Part shown: positions 29,030 to 38,849 of the stretch, piece after piece | Layout: every line of letters starts with the position of its first letter | Numbering within the stretch: position 1 is the first letter of the stretch | Origin: an uncultured Tenacibaculum sp. | GTDB lineage: Bacteria > Bacteroidota > Bacteroidia > Flavobacteriales > Flavobacteriaceae | NCBI GenBank assembly: GCA_964498665.1 | Contig: CAZCHR010000001.1 | Coordinates: forward strand, 1,106-65,105 | Length of the DNA stretch: 64,000 nt | Reading direction: 5' to 3' | Made by a program: the position numbers and the translations under genes | The notes under the pieces: model-generated | Databases searched by the model: none | The model's input: only the letters and a program-made list of their open reading frames with translations | Told to the model about the DNA's origin: nothing

Positions 29030-29781
29030 TGAATAAAGTTATTGTAATACTATTGTTATTAATTTCAAGTATCTCATCAGCTCAAACAGTTAATGATTTA
29101 TTTGCAAATGCAAATGCTTTATATAAAAACGGTAAGTACCAGGAAGCAATTAAACTATATAAACAGATTGAAAATAGTGAAGAAATATCATCTGATTTGT
29201 ATTACAACTTAGGTAATGCTTATTATAAATTAAATAAAGTTGCTCCATCAATATACAACTATGAAAAAGCATTGCAAATAAACCCTTTAAATTTAGATGC
29301 TCAAAATAATTTAATTATAGCTAATCGTTTAACTTTAGATAGAATTGAGGAATTACCTAAATCTATATTTCAAAAAATAGATGAAAATATTTTTCAAAAA
29401 CTTACCTATAATTCTTGGGCAGTAATTACAATACTACTATCCTTTATAGCCTCTACTCTTTTCTTACTTTTTTATTTTTCATATTCACCAAGTAAAAAAA
29501 GACTGTTTTTTACAACTAGCATACTGTTTTTCTTAGCTCTGGTTACAACTTTAATAATAACATTTACTCAATACAACAAAACTAAAAATACAATTAAAGC
29601 AATTATCTTTTCAGAAGAAATCTCTGTTAAAAATGCTCCTACTTCAGATTCAGATGAGATATTCACCTTACATGAAGGAACAAAAGTAAATGTATTAGAT
29701 ACTGTTGATGATTGGAAAAAAGTTAAACTTATCGATGGTAAAATTGGTTGGACTTTAGCTAATAATTTAAAAGAACTATAA
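29029..29781 (+). CDS. batE: BatE TPR + SH3 domain protein
   Basis: YYNLGNAYYK TPR, two TM, FTLHEGTKV...GW SH3. Confidence 0.88.
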   Translation: MNKVIVILLLLISSISSAQTVNDLFANANALYKNGKYQEAIKLYKQIENSEEISSDLYYNLGNAYYKLNKVAPSIYNYEKALQINPLNLDAQNNLIIANRLTLDRIEELPKSIFQKIDENIFQKLTYNSWAVITILLSFIASTLFLLFYFSYSPSKKRLFFTTSILFFLALVTTLIITFTQYNKTKNTIKAIIFSEEISVKNAPTSDSDEIFTLHEGTKVNVLDTVDDWKKVKLIDGKIGWTLANNLKEL

Positions 29782-29824
29782 CATTTCATATCTAAAAAAT
29801 TAGTTATTTTTGCTAACTAATTAT

Positions 29825-30130
29825 ATGATACAAATTTTCAAACACAAATACTTTAAATATTTACTTTTAGTGTTCTTATCACTTAAAGGAGGTTTTTTTG
29901 TGGCTGAAAACACTGAAATTCTTCACGAAATTGAAATTTCTCATCAATTAGATTTTGATGATATAGAAAATGAAGAAAAAAAAGAAATTGATGAGGAAAA
30001 TAAAATTCCTCAAAACTTAACCGAATTTCTTTTTCAAAAAAAAATAAAAAATCAAAAATGTCTAGTTCAACTAGATAATTATCAAATTCAATATTTAGAA
30101 TTTACAACTCCACCTCCTAAAAAAGTATAA
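29825..30130 (+). CDS. Small hypothetical protein ending in TPPPK (candidate leader peptide)
   Basis: Promoter-like TATTTTTG at 29805; hydrophobic N-terminus, acidic centre, C-terminal EFTTPPPKKV. Confidence 0.65.
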   Translation: MIQIFKHKYFKYLLLVFLSLKGGFFVAENTEILHEIEISHQLDFDDIENEEKKEIDEENKIPQNLTEFLFQKKIKNQKCLVQLDNYQIQYLEFTTPPPKKV

Positions 30131-30225
30131 CTTTTTTAGTATAAGTGTTTTATAGAACACAAAAATCACAAACAATAATTAAAACCAATCATTATTAAAT
30201 GATTGGTAAACAAAATCATTTACAA

Positions 30226-31746
30226 ATGTTTAAAACAATTAAAAACGACTTGCCAGCAAGTATCGTAGTATTTTTCGTTGCATTACCATTATGTTTAGGT
30301 ATTGCATTAGCCAGTGGCGCTCCATTATTTTCAGGTTTAATTGCCGGAATAGTTGGTGGTGTAGTAGTAGGAAGTATTAGTGGATCTAAAATTGGTGTTA
30401 GTGGTCCTGCAGCTGGTTTAGCTGCTATTGTACTGGTCGCTATTCAAGATTTAGGTTTCGAAACCTTTTTAGTTGCTGTTATGCTTGCAGGAGTTTTCCA
30501 AATACTTTTAGGATTAGTTAAAGCTGGTGTTATCGGATACTATTTCCCTTCATCTGTTATTAAAGGAATGTTAACAGGTATTGGTATTATTATCTTCATG
30601 AAACAAATACCTTTCTTCTTTGGTTTTAGCGGAAAATTAAAAGACTTATTTTCTAATTTTGGAGCTATCGAAATGGGTTCTACAGTTTTAGGTATTATCA
30701 GTTTAGCTGTATTATTACTTTGGAGTAGCGTTTTATCTAAAAAAGGGAAGTTTTTCCAAGTAGTACAAGGACCTATCGTAGTAGTAGTTTTAGGTGTTAT
30801 TTATTATTTGTTTACCAAAGATACAGGTTTAAATATTGCTGGTAAAAACATTGTAAACGTTCCAAGTATTGATTCTTATATCAATAATTTCAAATTTCCA
30901 AATTTTGCAGAAATTACAAACCCTAAAGTATTATTAACTGCCTTCACTATCGGATTAGTTGCTAGTTTAGAAACTCTTTTATGTGTTGAAGCGACAGATA
31001 AATTAGATCCACATAAAAATGTAACTCCAACAAATAGAGAGCTGTTTGCACAAGGAGCAGGTAATATTATTTCTGGATTAATTGGAGGTTTACCTGTAAC
31101 TCAGGTAATTGTTCGTAGTTCTGCTAACATTAACTCTGGTGGTAGAACTAAACTATCTGCTATTATTCACGGTTTAATCTTAATTGTTGCTGTAGTATTG
31201 GTACCAAACTTAATGAACTTAATTCCTTTAGCTGTTTTAGCTGCAGTTTTATTAATTGTAGGTTACAAATTAGCAAAACCGTCATTATTCAAAACAATGT
31301 ATGATTTAGGATGGCAACAGTTTTTACCATTTATAGTAACTGTAATTGGTATTGTTGGTTTAGATTTACTTAAAGGTATTGCTTTAGGTTTAGCAGTAGG
31401 TATTGTGGTAATTTTAATTAAAAGTTATAAGAATTCTCACTTCTTACATAAAGAAGATAAAAGTAACGGAGAAGAAAAAATGAAAATGACTTTAGCTGAA
31501 GAAGTAACTTTTATAAATAAAGGAACTATTTTAAAAGAGCTAGATAGTTTACCTGAAAACTCTTACTTAGAATTAGATGTTAGAAAAACACGCTATTTAG
31601 ATTATGATATTATAGAAATTCTTGAAGACTTTGCTTTAAAAGCTAAAGAAAGAAATATAAATATCAAATTAATATCTGAAAGAGGTACCGTAGAAAACCC
31701 TGATAGCTTTATCGAGTTCTTTAAATTAAGACCAAAAACAGCTTAA
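30226..31746 (+). CDS. SulP family inorganic anion (probably bicarbonate) transporter 1
   Basis: VALPLCLGIALASGAP, VSGPAAG, NRELFAQG, VIVRSSAN, STAS-like tail. Confidence 0.93.
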   Translation: MFKTIKNDLPASIVVFFVALPLCLGIALASGAPLFSGLIAGIVGGVVVGSISGSKIGVSGPAAGLAAIVLVAIQDLGFETFLVAVMLAGVFQILLGLVKAGVIGYYFPSSVIKGMLTGIGIIIFMKQIPFFFGFSGKLKDLFSNFGAIEMGSTVLGIISLAVLLLWSSVLSKKGKFFQVVQGPIVVVVLGVIYYLFTKDTGLNIAGKNIVNVPSIDSYINNFKFPNFAEITNPKVLLTAFTIGLVASLETLLCVEATDKLDPHKNVTPTNRELFAQGAGNIISGLIGGLPVTQVIVRSSANINSGGRTKLSAIIHGLILIVAVVLVPNLMNLIPLAVLAAVLLIVGYKLAKPSLFKTMYDLGWQQFLPFIVTVIGIVGLDLLKGIALGLAVGIVVILIKSYKNSHFLHKEDKSNGEEKMKMTLAEEVTFINKGTILKELDSLPENSYLELDVRKTRYLDYDIIEILEDFALKAKERNINIKLISERGTVENPDSFIEFFKLRPKTA

Positions 31747-31756
31747 TAAAAATTTT

Positions 31757-31793
31757 AAGTGTTTGCATAAAAACAATTATGCAAACACTTTTT
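31757..31793 (+). terminator. Hairpin/terminator between the two SulP genes
   Basis: AAGTGTTTGCATAA-loop-TTATGCAAACACTTTTT. Confidence 0.75.
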
Positions 31794-31859
31794 CTAATAA
31801 AATTAAGATATAATCACAAGGAATAAATTTAGTATATTTAAATACTAAACTTCTTTAAT

Positions 31860-33725
31860 ATGAAAAAATTATTTTCTAACGTTCGCGGAGATTTATTTGG
31901 AGGTATTACTGCTGGTATTGTTGCATTACCCTTAGCTTTAGCCTTTGGAGTATCTTCTGGCTTAGGTCCTAGTGCTGGTTTATATGGAGCAATCCTTATT
32001 GCTTTTTTCGCCGCCTTATTTGGAGGAACAGACACACAAATATCTGGACCAACAGCACCAATGACTGCGGTAAGTATGGTTGTTATTGCAAGTATTATTG
32101 CTTCTAATGATGGCGATATTAATAAGGCAATGCCTATCATTTTAACCGTATTCTTATTAGCTGGTTTAATGCAAGTAGGATTAGGTGTAATAGGTTTAGG
32201 AAAATACATTCGTTATATTCCGTATCCTGTTGTATCAGGTTTTATGACTGCGATTGGGGTAATTATTTTGGTAACACAAATACTTCCTTCGGTAGGTTAT
32301 TATGCTAAAGAAGATACTGCGTTTGTAGAAAAGTTTAAACCTTTAGCTGAAGAGATAATTTTAGAAAACATTTTAAAAGAAGAAGCTAATGAAGGTATTT
32401 TAGTTTTAGAAGATTTTAAAGAAACTATCAAAAGAGCAGAAAAGATTACACCACAAAATATTCTTAATGAAAGCAAAACATTAGCTGGTAAAGAAGCTTC
32501 TGGTGTAATGGGAACATTTAATGTACTTCCTAGAGCTTTAAAAAATATTAATTGGTTAGAATTAGCTTTAGCGCTTGGTACCATATTTATAATTTATGGT
32601 TTCAAACGAATTACAACTGCAATTCCTAGCACATTAGTAGCTCTGGTGGTAATGACAGGTATCGCTGTAGCTTTTAATTTAGGCTACAGACCAATTGAAG
32701 AAATTCCACAAGGATTTCCTGCTCCAAACCTTAAGATTTTTACCGAATTTAATCTTGCCAATATTACCCCTTACTTTTTTACATCATTAACATTAGCACT
32801 TTTAGGAGCTATAGATTCGTTACTTACATCTGTAGTAGCCGATAATATGACCAAAACTAAACATAAGCCTAATAAAGAATTAGTGGGTCAAGGAATAGGT
32901 AATACTATTGCTGCTGTTTTTGGTGGAATTCCTGGTGCTGGTGCAACAATTAGAACTGTTGTAAATATTAATTCAGGAGGAAAAACAAAACTATCAGGAA
33001 TGGTTGCTGGTGTTATGTTATTAATTGTCTTATTAGGCTTAGGACCAATTGCTTCTAAAATACCAGCCGCAGTTTTAGCAGGTATTTTAATTACGGTAGG
33101 TATTGGAGTTATGGATTATAAAGGATTAAAAGCAATTCCGTCTTTACCAAGAGATATTGAATTAGGCCCTATAAAATTAAGTTCAGAAGTATTGATAATG
33201 CTAGTGGTATTAGTATTATCTACTTTTTGGAATTTAGTATATGCAGTAGGTATTGGTTTAATTATTGCTTCATTAATGTTTATGAAGAAAATTGGTGATT
33301 TAACCGCTGAACGCTCTGAAGTATTAACTTTTGATGAAGCTTGGGATGACGAAGTTAATTTTCCTATAGAATTAAAAGAAGAAGTATTTATAAAGCATAT
33401 AAAAGGACCTTTATTCTTCGGGTACACTAGTGATTTCCAAGCAATGGCTAAACAAATTCCTAGAACTGCATCGACAGTAATTATGCGTTTAGATTTAATG
33501 CAATATATGGATCAGTCTGGTTTATATGCTATGGAAGATATGATTCAACATTTAAAATCAAACGGAAACAATGTTCAGGTATTATTTGTAGGCTTATTAA
33601 AACAACCTCGTTATATGATGGAGCGTATTGGTTTAATTCCAGATTTTATTCCGGAAGATCATATTTTCGAAACATTTAAAGAATGCCAAATTTGGGCAAA
33701 ACAAAATATAGAAAACATTTATTAA
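31860..33725 (+). CDS. SulP family (BicA-like) transporter 2 with STAS domain
   Basis: GDLFGGITAGIVALPLALAFG, ISGPTAPM, ELVGQGIGN, GAGATIRT, GPLFFG, MDQSG. Confidence 0.93.
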   Translation: MKKLFSNVRGDLFGGITAGIVALPLALAFGVSSGLGPSAGLYGAILIAFFAALFGGTDTQISGPTAPMTAVSMVVIASIIASNDGDINKAMPIILTVFLLAGLMQVGLGVIGLGKYIRYIPYPVVSGFMTAIGVIILVTQILPSVGYYAKEDTAFVEKFKPLAEEIILENILKEEANEGILVLEDFKETIKRAEKITPQNILNESKTLAGKEASGVMGTFNVLPRALKNINWLELALALGTIFIIYGFKRITTAIPSTLVALVVMTGIAVAFNLGYRPIEEIPQGFPAPNLKIFTEFNLANITPYFFTSLTLALLGAIDSLLTSVVADNMTKTKHKPNKELVGQGIGNTIAAVFGGIPGAGATIRTVVNINSGGKTKLSGMVAGVMLLIVLLGLGPIASKIPAAVLAGILITVGIGVMDYKGLKAIPSLPRDIELGPIKLSSEVLIMLVVLVLSTFWNLVYAVGIGLIIASLMFMKKIGDLTAERSEVLTFDEAWDDEVNFPIELKEEVFIKHIKGPLFFGYTSDFQAMAKQIPRTASTVIMRLDLMQYMDQSGLYAMEDMIQHLKSNGNNVQVLFVGLLKQPRYMMERIGLIPDFIPEDHIFETFKECQIWAKQNIENIY

Positions 33726-33745
33726 AAAAATAACTTATTACAATT

Positions 33746-34375
33746 ATGAGAAATACAGCTATTACAAAAGATGTACAAGTAGAATTAACACCTAATTCTG
33801 TATTACAAGATTTACTAGGAGGTAACGAACGTTATGTTGCTAATAACTTAACATCTTCTAATGTTACTGATTTAGTATCACAAACTACAGGAGGTCAATT
33901 TCCTAAAGCAGTTATATTGTCATGTATCGATTCGCGCGTACCAGTAGAAATGGTATTCGACCAAACTATTGGAGATGTATTTGTTGCTCGTGTAGCAGGA
34001 AACTTCGAAAATGTTGATATTTTAGGAAGTATGGAATACTCTTGTAAAGTTGCTGGAAGTAAATTAGTATTTGTTTTAGGACACCAAAGTTGTGGAGCTG
34101 TAAAAGCTGCTTGTGATGGTGTTGAATTAGGAAACATTACTGCAATGTTAGATAATATTGTACCTGCAGCTAAATTATCTTCTGAACAAGTTGATGGAGA
34201 AGCTAACTCATCAAACGCTGAATTTGTTGCAAAAACAGTTGAAAATAACGTTAGAATGACTATGGATCGTATTCGTGAAAAAAGCCCTATTTTAAAAGAA
34301 ATGGAAGATAACGGTGAAATTACTATCGTAGGTGGTGTATACTCTTTAGAGACAGGTAAAGTAAATATGATTTAA
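33746..34375 (+). CDS. Beta-class carbonic anhydrase
   Basis: SCIDSRV and GHQSCGAV zinc motifs. Confidence 0.94.
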   Translation: MRNTAITKDVQVELTPNSVLQDLLGGNERYVANNLTSSNVTDLVSQTTGGQFPKAVILSCIDSRVPVEMVFDQTIGDVFVARVAGNFENVDILGSMEYSCKVAGSKLVFVLGHQSCGAVKAACDGVELGNITAMLDNIVPAAKLSSEQVDGEANSSNAEFVAKTVENNVRMTMDRIREKSPILKEMEDNGEITIVGGVYSLETGKVNMI

Positions 34376-34404
34376 TAATTATTTATAAACTTTATTATAA
34401 AACT

Positions 34405-34438
34405 AAAAAATCCGAAGTTATTAGCTTCGGTTTTTTTT
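34405..34438. terminator. Bidirectional terminator between carbonic anhydrase and cvpA
   Basis: AAAAAATCCGAAG-ttattag-CTTCGGTTTTTTTT. Confidence 0.8.
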
Positions 34439-34955
34439 ATTCTTTAGATTCTGTATTTTTCTCCTCAACCTCATCATCTTTAATTATTGATGGAAATATA
34501 GTTGGTGCTATTTTTTTAACAGGTTTAAACAATATCGATTCATTAAGACTTTCTTTAGATACAAATGGAATTGTATCGTTCATCTTTCCAAAGAAAATAA
34601 AAGCAACACTTAATATCAATCCGATTTTTAAAGCCCCAAAAACACCTCCTAATATTTTATTTATAATACCTAACGATGCAAAATCAGCTATTTTTGTTAA
34701 TACTTTCCCTAACAACGCAATCGTTATTATAATCAAAACAAATGTTCCTGCAAAAGCAGCTAAAGAAATATACTTTTCATCCCAATCTACACTGTCTTTT
34801 AACCAATCTCCAATAAAATAAGAAAAATGAATTGCGCCATATACACCAGCAACTAAAGCCACTAAAGAGGCTACTTCTACAAACAACCCTTTCATTAATC
34901 CTCTTACAAATCCAAATAAAAGTAAGGCAGCAATAATAATATCAAACGTATTCAT
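34437..34955 (-). CDS. cvpA: CvpA family membrane protein
   Basis: FDIII...GLMKGLFVEV, NKILGGVFGALK, four TM. Confidence 0.88.
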   Translation of the reverse strand: MNTFDIIIAALLLFGFVRGLMKGLFVEVASLVALVAGVYGAIHFSYFIGDWLKDSVDWDEKYISLAAFAGTFVLIIITIALLGKVLTKIADFASLGIINKILGGVFGALKIGLILSVAFIFFGKMNDTIPFVSKESLNESILFKPVKKIAPTIFPSIIKDDEVEEKNTESKE

Positions 34956-35074
34956 AAATAAAAATTAAGAATTTTAAAATAGTTTCAAAGCAAAAACACA
35001 AATTAATTATGTGTGCAGATTCTACATCAAATATACATAACTCATTTGTATCTTTGCTTTTTTAAAAATGAGAG

Positions 35075-35431
35075 ATGACTAAAGAAGTTAATTTAAGGGA
35101 GAAATGGAATATTGTGGTGAAAAATTTATCACAACAATTTGCAGATGGAGATGAATTAAATGTTGATGGAATTATCTACTTAATTGGTGTACAAGAATTA
35201 GGTCAAGGACACAGAAAGTTTAAAAAAGACGAAAAAGTAAACTTAATGCATATTGCTATTTGTAAACTTTTAGAACCATACGGATACTACGAATTCGATT
35301 TTTTTGATAATGATGGTTGGCCACATTATAAAACACTAACTGAATTACCAAACTTAAAACCTGGTGAACAATCTGTTTTAATAAAAGAAGCAATTATTAA
35401 TTACTTTGAAGCAATTGACTTTTTTAAGTAA
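35075..35431 (+). CDS. Hypothetical protein of a type seen in Bacteroidota
   Basis: YLIGVQELG, LMHIAICKLLEPYGYY, GWPHY; promoter-like element at 35049. Confidence 0.8.
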   Translation: MTKEVNLREKWNIVVKNLSQQFADGDELNVDGIIYLIGVQELGQGHRKFKKDEKVNLMHIAICKLLEPYGYYEFDFFDNDGWPHYKTLTELPNLKPGEQSVLIKEAIINYFEAIDFFK

Positions 35432-36220
35432 CACTTAATTTACGGATCATTTTTGATAATAATTTAGGAAAAAAACGCTTTGCATAGACTCCTAATTTTT
35501 CTTTAGCTCCTGCTATATAAACTTCTTCTCGTTTATTTTTTATTGCTTTTATCATCAATTTAGCAAAACGATCAGGGTGAATACCATTGGCTGTGGCAGT
35601 ATCCATAGAATTTTGAGGACTTCCATCACCCGTTAATGCGTTTTTTGAAACATTTGCTGTTACAAATCCGGGGCAAACTAATGTAACATAAATATTATCT
35701 TTATAATGTTCTGCCCGTAAACTATCGAAAAAACCATGTAATGCATGTTTAGTTGCTGCATAAGATGATCGTAACGGAGTTCCTATTTTACCAACAATAC
35801 TTGTGTAGTTACAACAAAACTACCTGATTTATTTTTTATAAAATATGGTAGTACAGCTTTTGTTAATGCAACAGTTCCGAGGTAATTAATATCCATTAAA
35901 CGCTTATCTACTAAAATGTCAGTATCTTTAACTAAAGATCTTTGACTTACACCTCCATTATTTATTAAAAAGTCAATTTTACCAAAATAAGAAACTGCTT
36001 CATCTACTTTTAAACTCATTTCTGAATAATTTTCTAAATCTAAAGGCAAAACCTTAACATTTGATGATGCATTACACAATTTCTTTACCTCTTCTAAAGA
36101 TTTTTTATTCCTTGATGATAAAATTAAATTTACACCATAATTAGATAGCTCTATTGCTAATGATTTACCTATCCCTGATGAAGAACCAGTAATCCAAAAA
36201 ACCTTATTTTTAAAATCCAT
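35424..36220 (-). pseudogene. SDR family oxidoreductase (DHRS7-like) split by a 2-nt insertion
   Basis: 5' frame ITGSSSGIG...NNGG...GSFVVTT runs into a stop; another frame continues SIVGKIGTPLRSSYAATKHAL...CPGFV to the stop at 35424; extra CA at about 35802-35806. Confidence 0.85.
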
Positions 36221-36338
36221 ACTTAACATTTTTTTAGATAAAGTCTTCTAAAATAAGTAAGAAAAAATAAAAATGGTACACTTCTTGGAAAGAAGTTAAC
36301 AAATGACTAGTTTTAAAACTTTAATAACAACTCTAACA

Positions 36339-37721
36339 ATGATGAAAAAAATACTGGCTATATTAATATTTGCAACTTCAATAGTTAACGCACAGTATAC
36401 TGTTAAAGGAACAATGACTCCTCCAGAAAAAAGCGACTGGGTAGCATTATACAAGATAGAAGGAGCTAAACAAAAATACATTTCTAACGCTACAATAAAA
36501 TTTGATACTGTTGCTGTTGGTGGTAGTTCTCAGGTATTAGGTAAATTTAAATTTGATTTACCGGCAACTACTAAACCTGGGGCATATAGAGCTACTTATA
36601 GAAATAAGGGAGCTGGATTTGTTGATTTTTATTTTAACAAAGAAAATGTTGAGTTTATTTTTAATCCAAAATATCCTGAACAATCTGTAGTTTTCACTTC
36701 TTCTAGAGAAAATAAATTATACAATCAATACTTAGAAGCATATGCTTTAGTTCAAAAGAAAATGGATGAATATCAAGCTTCTTATATTAAAGATGGGAAT
36801 AAAGATGCAAAAAAAGCGTACAAAAAAGAGTTTAAGAAACTAGAAGATGTTCAAGAAATTTATGAGAATAAATCTGAAGGAATGTTAGTTAATAACTTCA
36901 TTAAAGCTTCTCAAAGGTACAATCCATCTAGTCCACATGGAAATATGCAAGAATATTTAACAGCTACTGTTGATAATTTCTTTAAAAATATTGACTTTAA
37001 AAACGATGCTTTATTTAATTCTTCATTTTTAATTGATCGTATTACTGATTATGTATTCTATTTAAACTATTCTGAAGATGCTTCTTTACAACAGAATTTA
37101 TTAAAAGAATCAATTGTTAAGGTAATGGATATGATACCTAGTGATAAATTAAAAGCTTCGGTTACAACATTTTTAGTTAATTATCTTACAGAAAAACGTA
37201 ATGGAGAAGCTGTTGATTGGTTACTTGCAGATTACTACGACAAACTTCCTGAAAACAGTAAAGATGCTGAATTTAGAAAAGAAATCTTAAAAACATTAAG
37301 CGCTACTGTAGGTAGAACTGCTCCTGATTTTTCATGGAAAGAAGGTGATAAAGAATATAAACTATCAACTTTAAATGATGGAGAAAAATATTTATTAATT
37401 TTTTGGAGTACAGCTTGTCCACACTGTGTTAGAGATGTACCTAAATTACATGAATTAATGCAAAAACATAAAAATGTTTCTGTAGTTTCTTTTTCTGTTG
37501 AAGATGCTGATGGTGTAAAAAACTGGAATGAGTTTAAGAAAAACCTACCTTATTGGCATAATGCAATGGGAACACATCCAGATCATAAATGGAGTAATGA
37601 AACAGTAAAAGCCTATAATTTATTAAGTACACCATCATTCTTTATATTAGATAAAAACAAAAAAATAATTTCTTTACCTGAACATTTAGAAGATGTTGAA
37701 AAATATTTTGGTACTCATTAA
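36339..37721 (+). CDS. TlpA-like thioredoxin-fold disulfide reductase, exported
   Basis: Signal peptide; APDF, FWSTACPHC, TP motif. Confidence 0.85.
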   Translation: MMKKILAILIFATSIVNAQYTVKGTMTPPEKSDWVALYKIEGAKQKYISNATIKFDTVAVGGSSQVLGKFKFDLPATTKPGAYRATYRNKGAGFVDFYFNKENVEFIFNPKYPEQSVVFTSSRENKLYNQYLEAYALVQKKMDEYQASYIKDGNKDAKKAYKKEFKKLEDVQEIYENKSEGMLVNNFIKASQRYNPSSPHGNMQEYLTATVDNFFKNIDFKNDALFNSSFLIDRITDYVFYLNYSEDASLQQNLLKESIVKVMDMIPSDKLKASVTTFLVNYLTEKRNGEAVDWLLADYYDKLPENSKDAEFRKEILKTLSATVGRTAPDFSWKEGDKEYKLSTLNDGEKYLLIFWSTACPHCVRDVPKLHELMQKHKNVSVVSFSVEDADGVKNWNEFKKNLPYWHNAMGTHPDHKWSNETVKAYNLLSTPSFFILDKNKKIISLPEHLEDVEKYFGTH

Positions 37722-37742
37722 CACAAGACATCAATAAAATAC

Positions 37743-37776
37743 AAAGTCCGATAAACTAGTTAGTTTATCGGACTTT
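37743..37776. terminator. Bidirectional terminator
   Basis: AAAGTCCGATAAACTA-gt-TAGTTTATCGGACTTT between convergent genes. Confidence 0.82.
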
Positions 37777-37791
37777 ATTTTGTGCTTAAGC

Positions 37792-38151
37792 CTAAAAATA
37801 TAAAAAAGCATTTTTTATATGTTGAATTTCAAAATTTTCTTTGCTTTTAATAATTGCAATAATATCAAATCGGATTTCTAAATCTAAATCTTTTTCAGTT
37901 ATATAATTATTCATTGCAGAGACAAGTAATTTAACTTTCTTTTGATTTACAAAATCTTGTGGATTTCCAAAGTAATTATCTGATCTTGTTTTAACCTCAA
38001 CGCAAATTAACAAGTCATTTTTTTCAGCAATAATGTCAACCTCAGCTTTTTGAAAGCGATAATTTTTCTCTAAAACTAAATATCCTTTTTTTATCAAATA
38101 TTCAATTGCTAACTCCTCTCCTTTTTTACCAAGATCATTATGTTGCGCCAT
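37792..38151 (-). CDS. yraN: YraN family endonuclease-like protein
   Basis: LGKKGEELA, EVDIIA, VEVKTR, RFDII. Confidence 0.92.
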   Translation of the reverse strand: MAQHNDLGKKGEELAIEYLIKKGYLVLEKNYRFQKAEVDIIAEKNDLLICVEVKTRSDNYFGNPQDFVNQKKVKLLVSAMNNYITEKDLDLEIRFDIIAIIKSKENFEIQHIKNAFLYF

Positions 38152-38189
38152 ACTGTTAAAATACAATTTATTTTAGTAATTTTAACTGT

Positions 38190-38849
38190 ATGAATACTTC
38201 AAAAAAAATAGTTTGTTTAGGAGATAGTTTAACTCAAGGCTATAATATAAAAACTACACAAAATTGGGTTTATCTATTAAACAATGACCTTAATCATGAA
38301 GTTTTAAATTTTGGTATTTCTGGCGATACAACAAATGGAATGCTGAATAGGTTACCTGAGATTATAAAAGAGATAAAACCAGATGTTCTAATTGTTTTAG
38401 GAGGAACAAACGATCTTTCTTTAAATATTACGGAAGAAATAATAATTGGAAATTTGTTAGCAATAACTGGGCATGCAAAATTTAATAATATACTTCCTAT
38501 CTTAGGAATCATCTCTCCTTTTTATAATGAAAATTGCCAACTAACAGAATCTATATTTATCAGTCATCAAAATTATGCAAATCGTATTTTAGCTTTTCAA
38601 AAAAAACTTATTGAATTTGCTAAATATGATAATCAAATTTACATTGATTTCTCAAAGAAAATGTCTAGAGAAATGTTTTTAGAAGATGGATTACATCCTA
38701 CAGAAAAAGGAAATGTTCAAATGAAAAATAACGCTTTACCTGTATTAAAAAATTATTATACTCATCTTCTCTTTAATACTCAACTCCACTTCTCTTCCCA
38801 TTATCAATGCTCTATTATCTGGTTCGTGACCAGCAGGAAAATTAAATAA
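38190..38849 (+). CDS. SGNH/GDSL hydrolase
   Basis: LGDSLT, GISGDTT, GGTND, DGLHP. Confidence 0.9.
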   Translation: MNTSKKIVCLGDSLTQGYNIKTTQNWVYLLNNDLNHEVLNFGISGDTTNGMLNRLPEIIKEIKPDVLIVLGGTNDLSLNITEEIIIGNLLAITGHAKFNNILPILGIISPFYNENCQLTESIFISHQNYANRILAFQKKLIEFAKYDNQIYIDFSKKMSREMFLEDGLHPTEKGNVQMKNNALPVLKNYYTHLLFNTQLHFSSHYQCSIIWFVTSRKIK

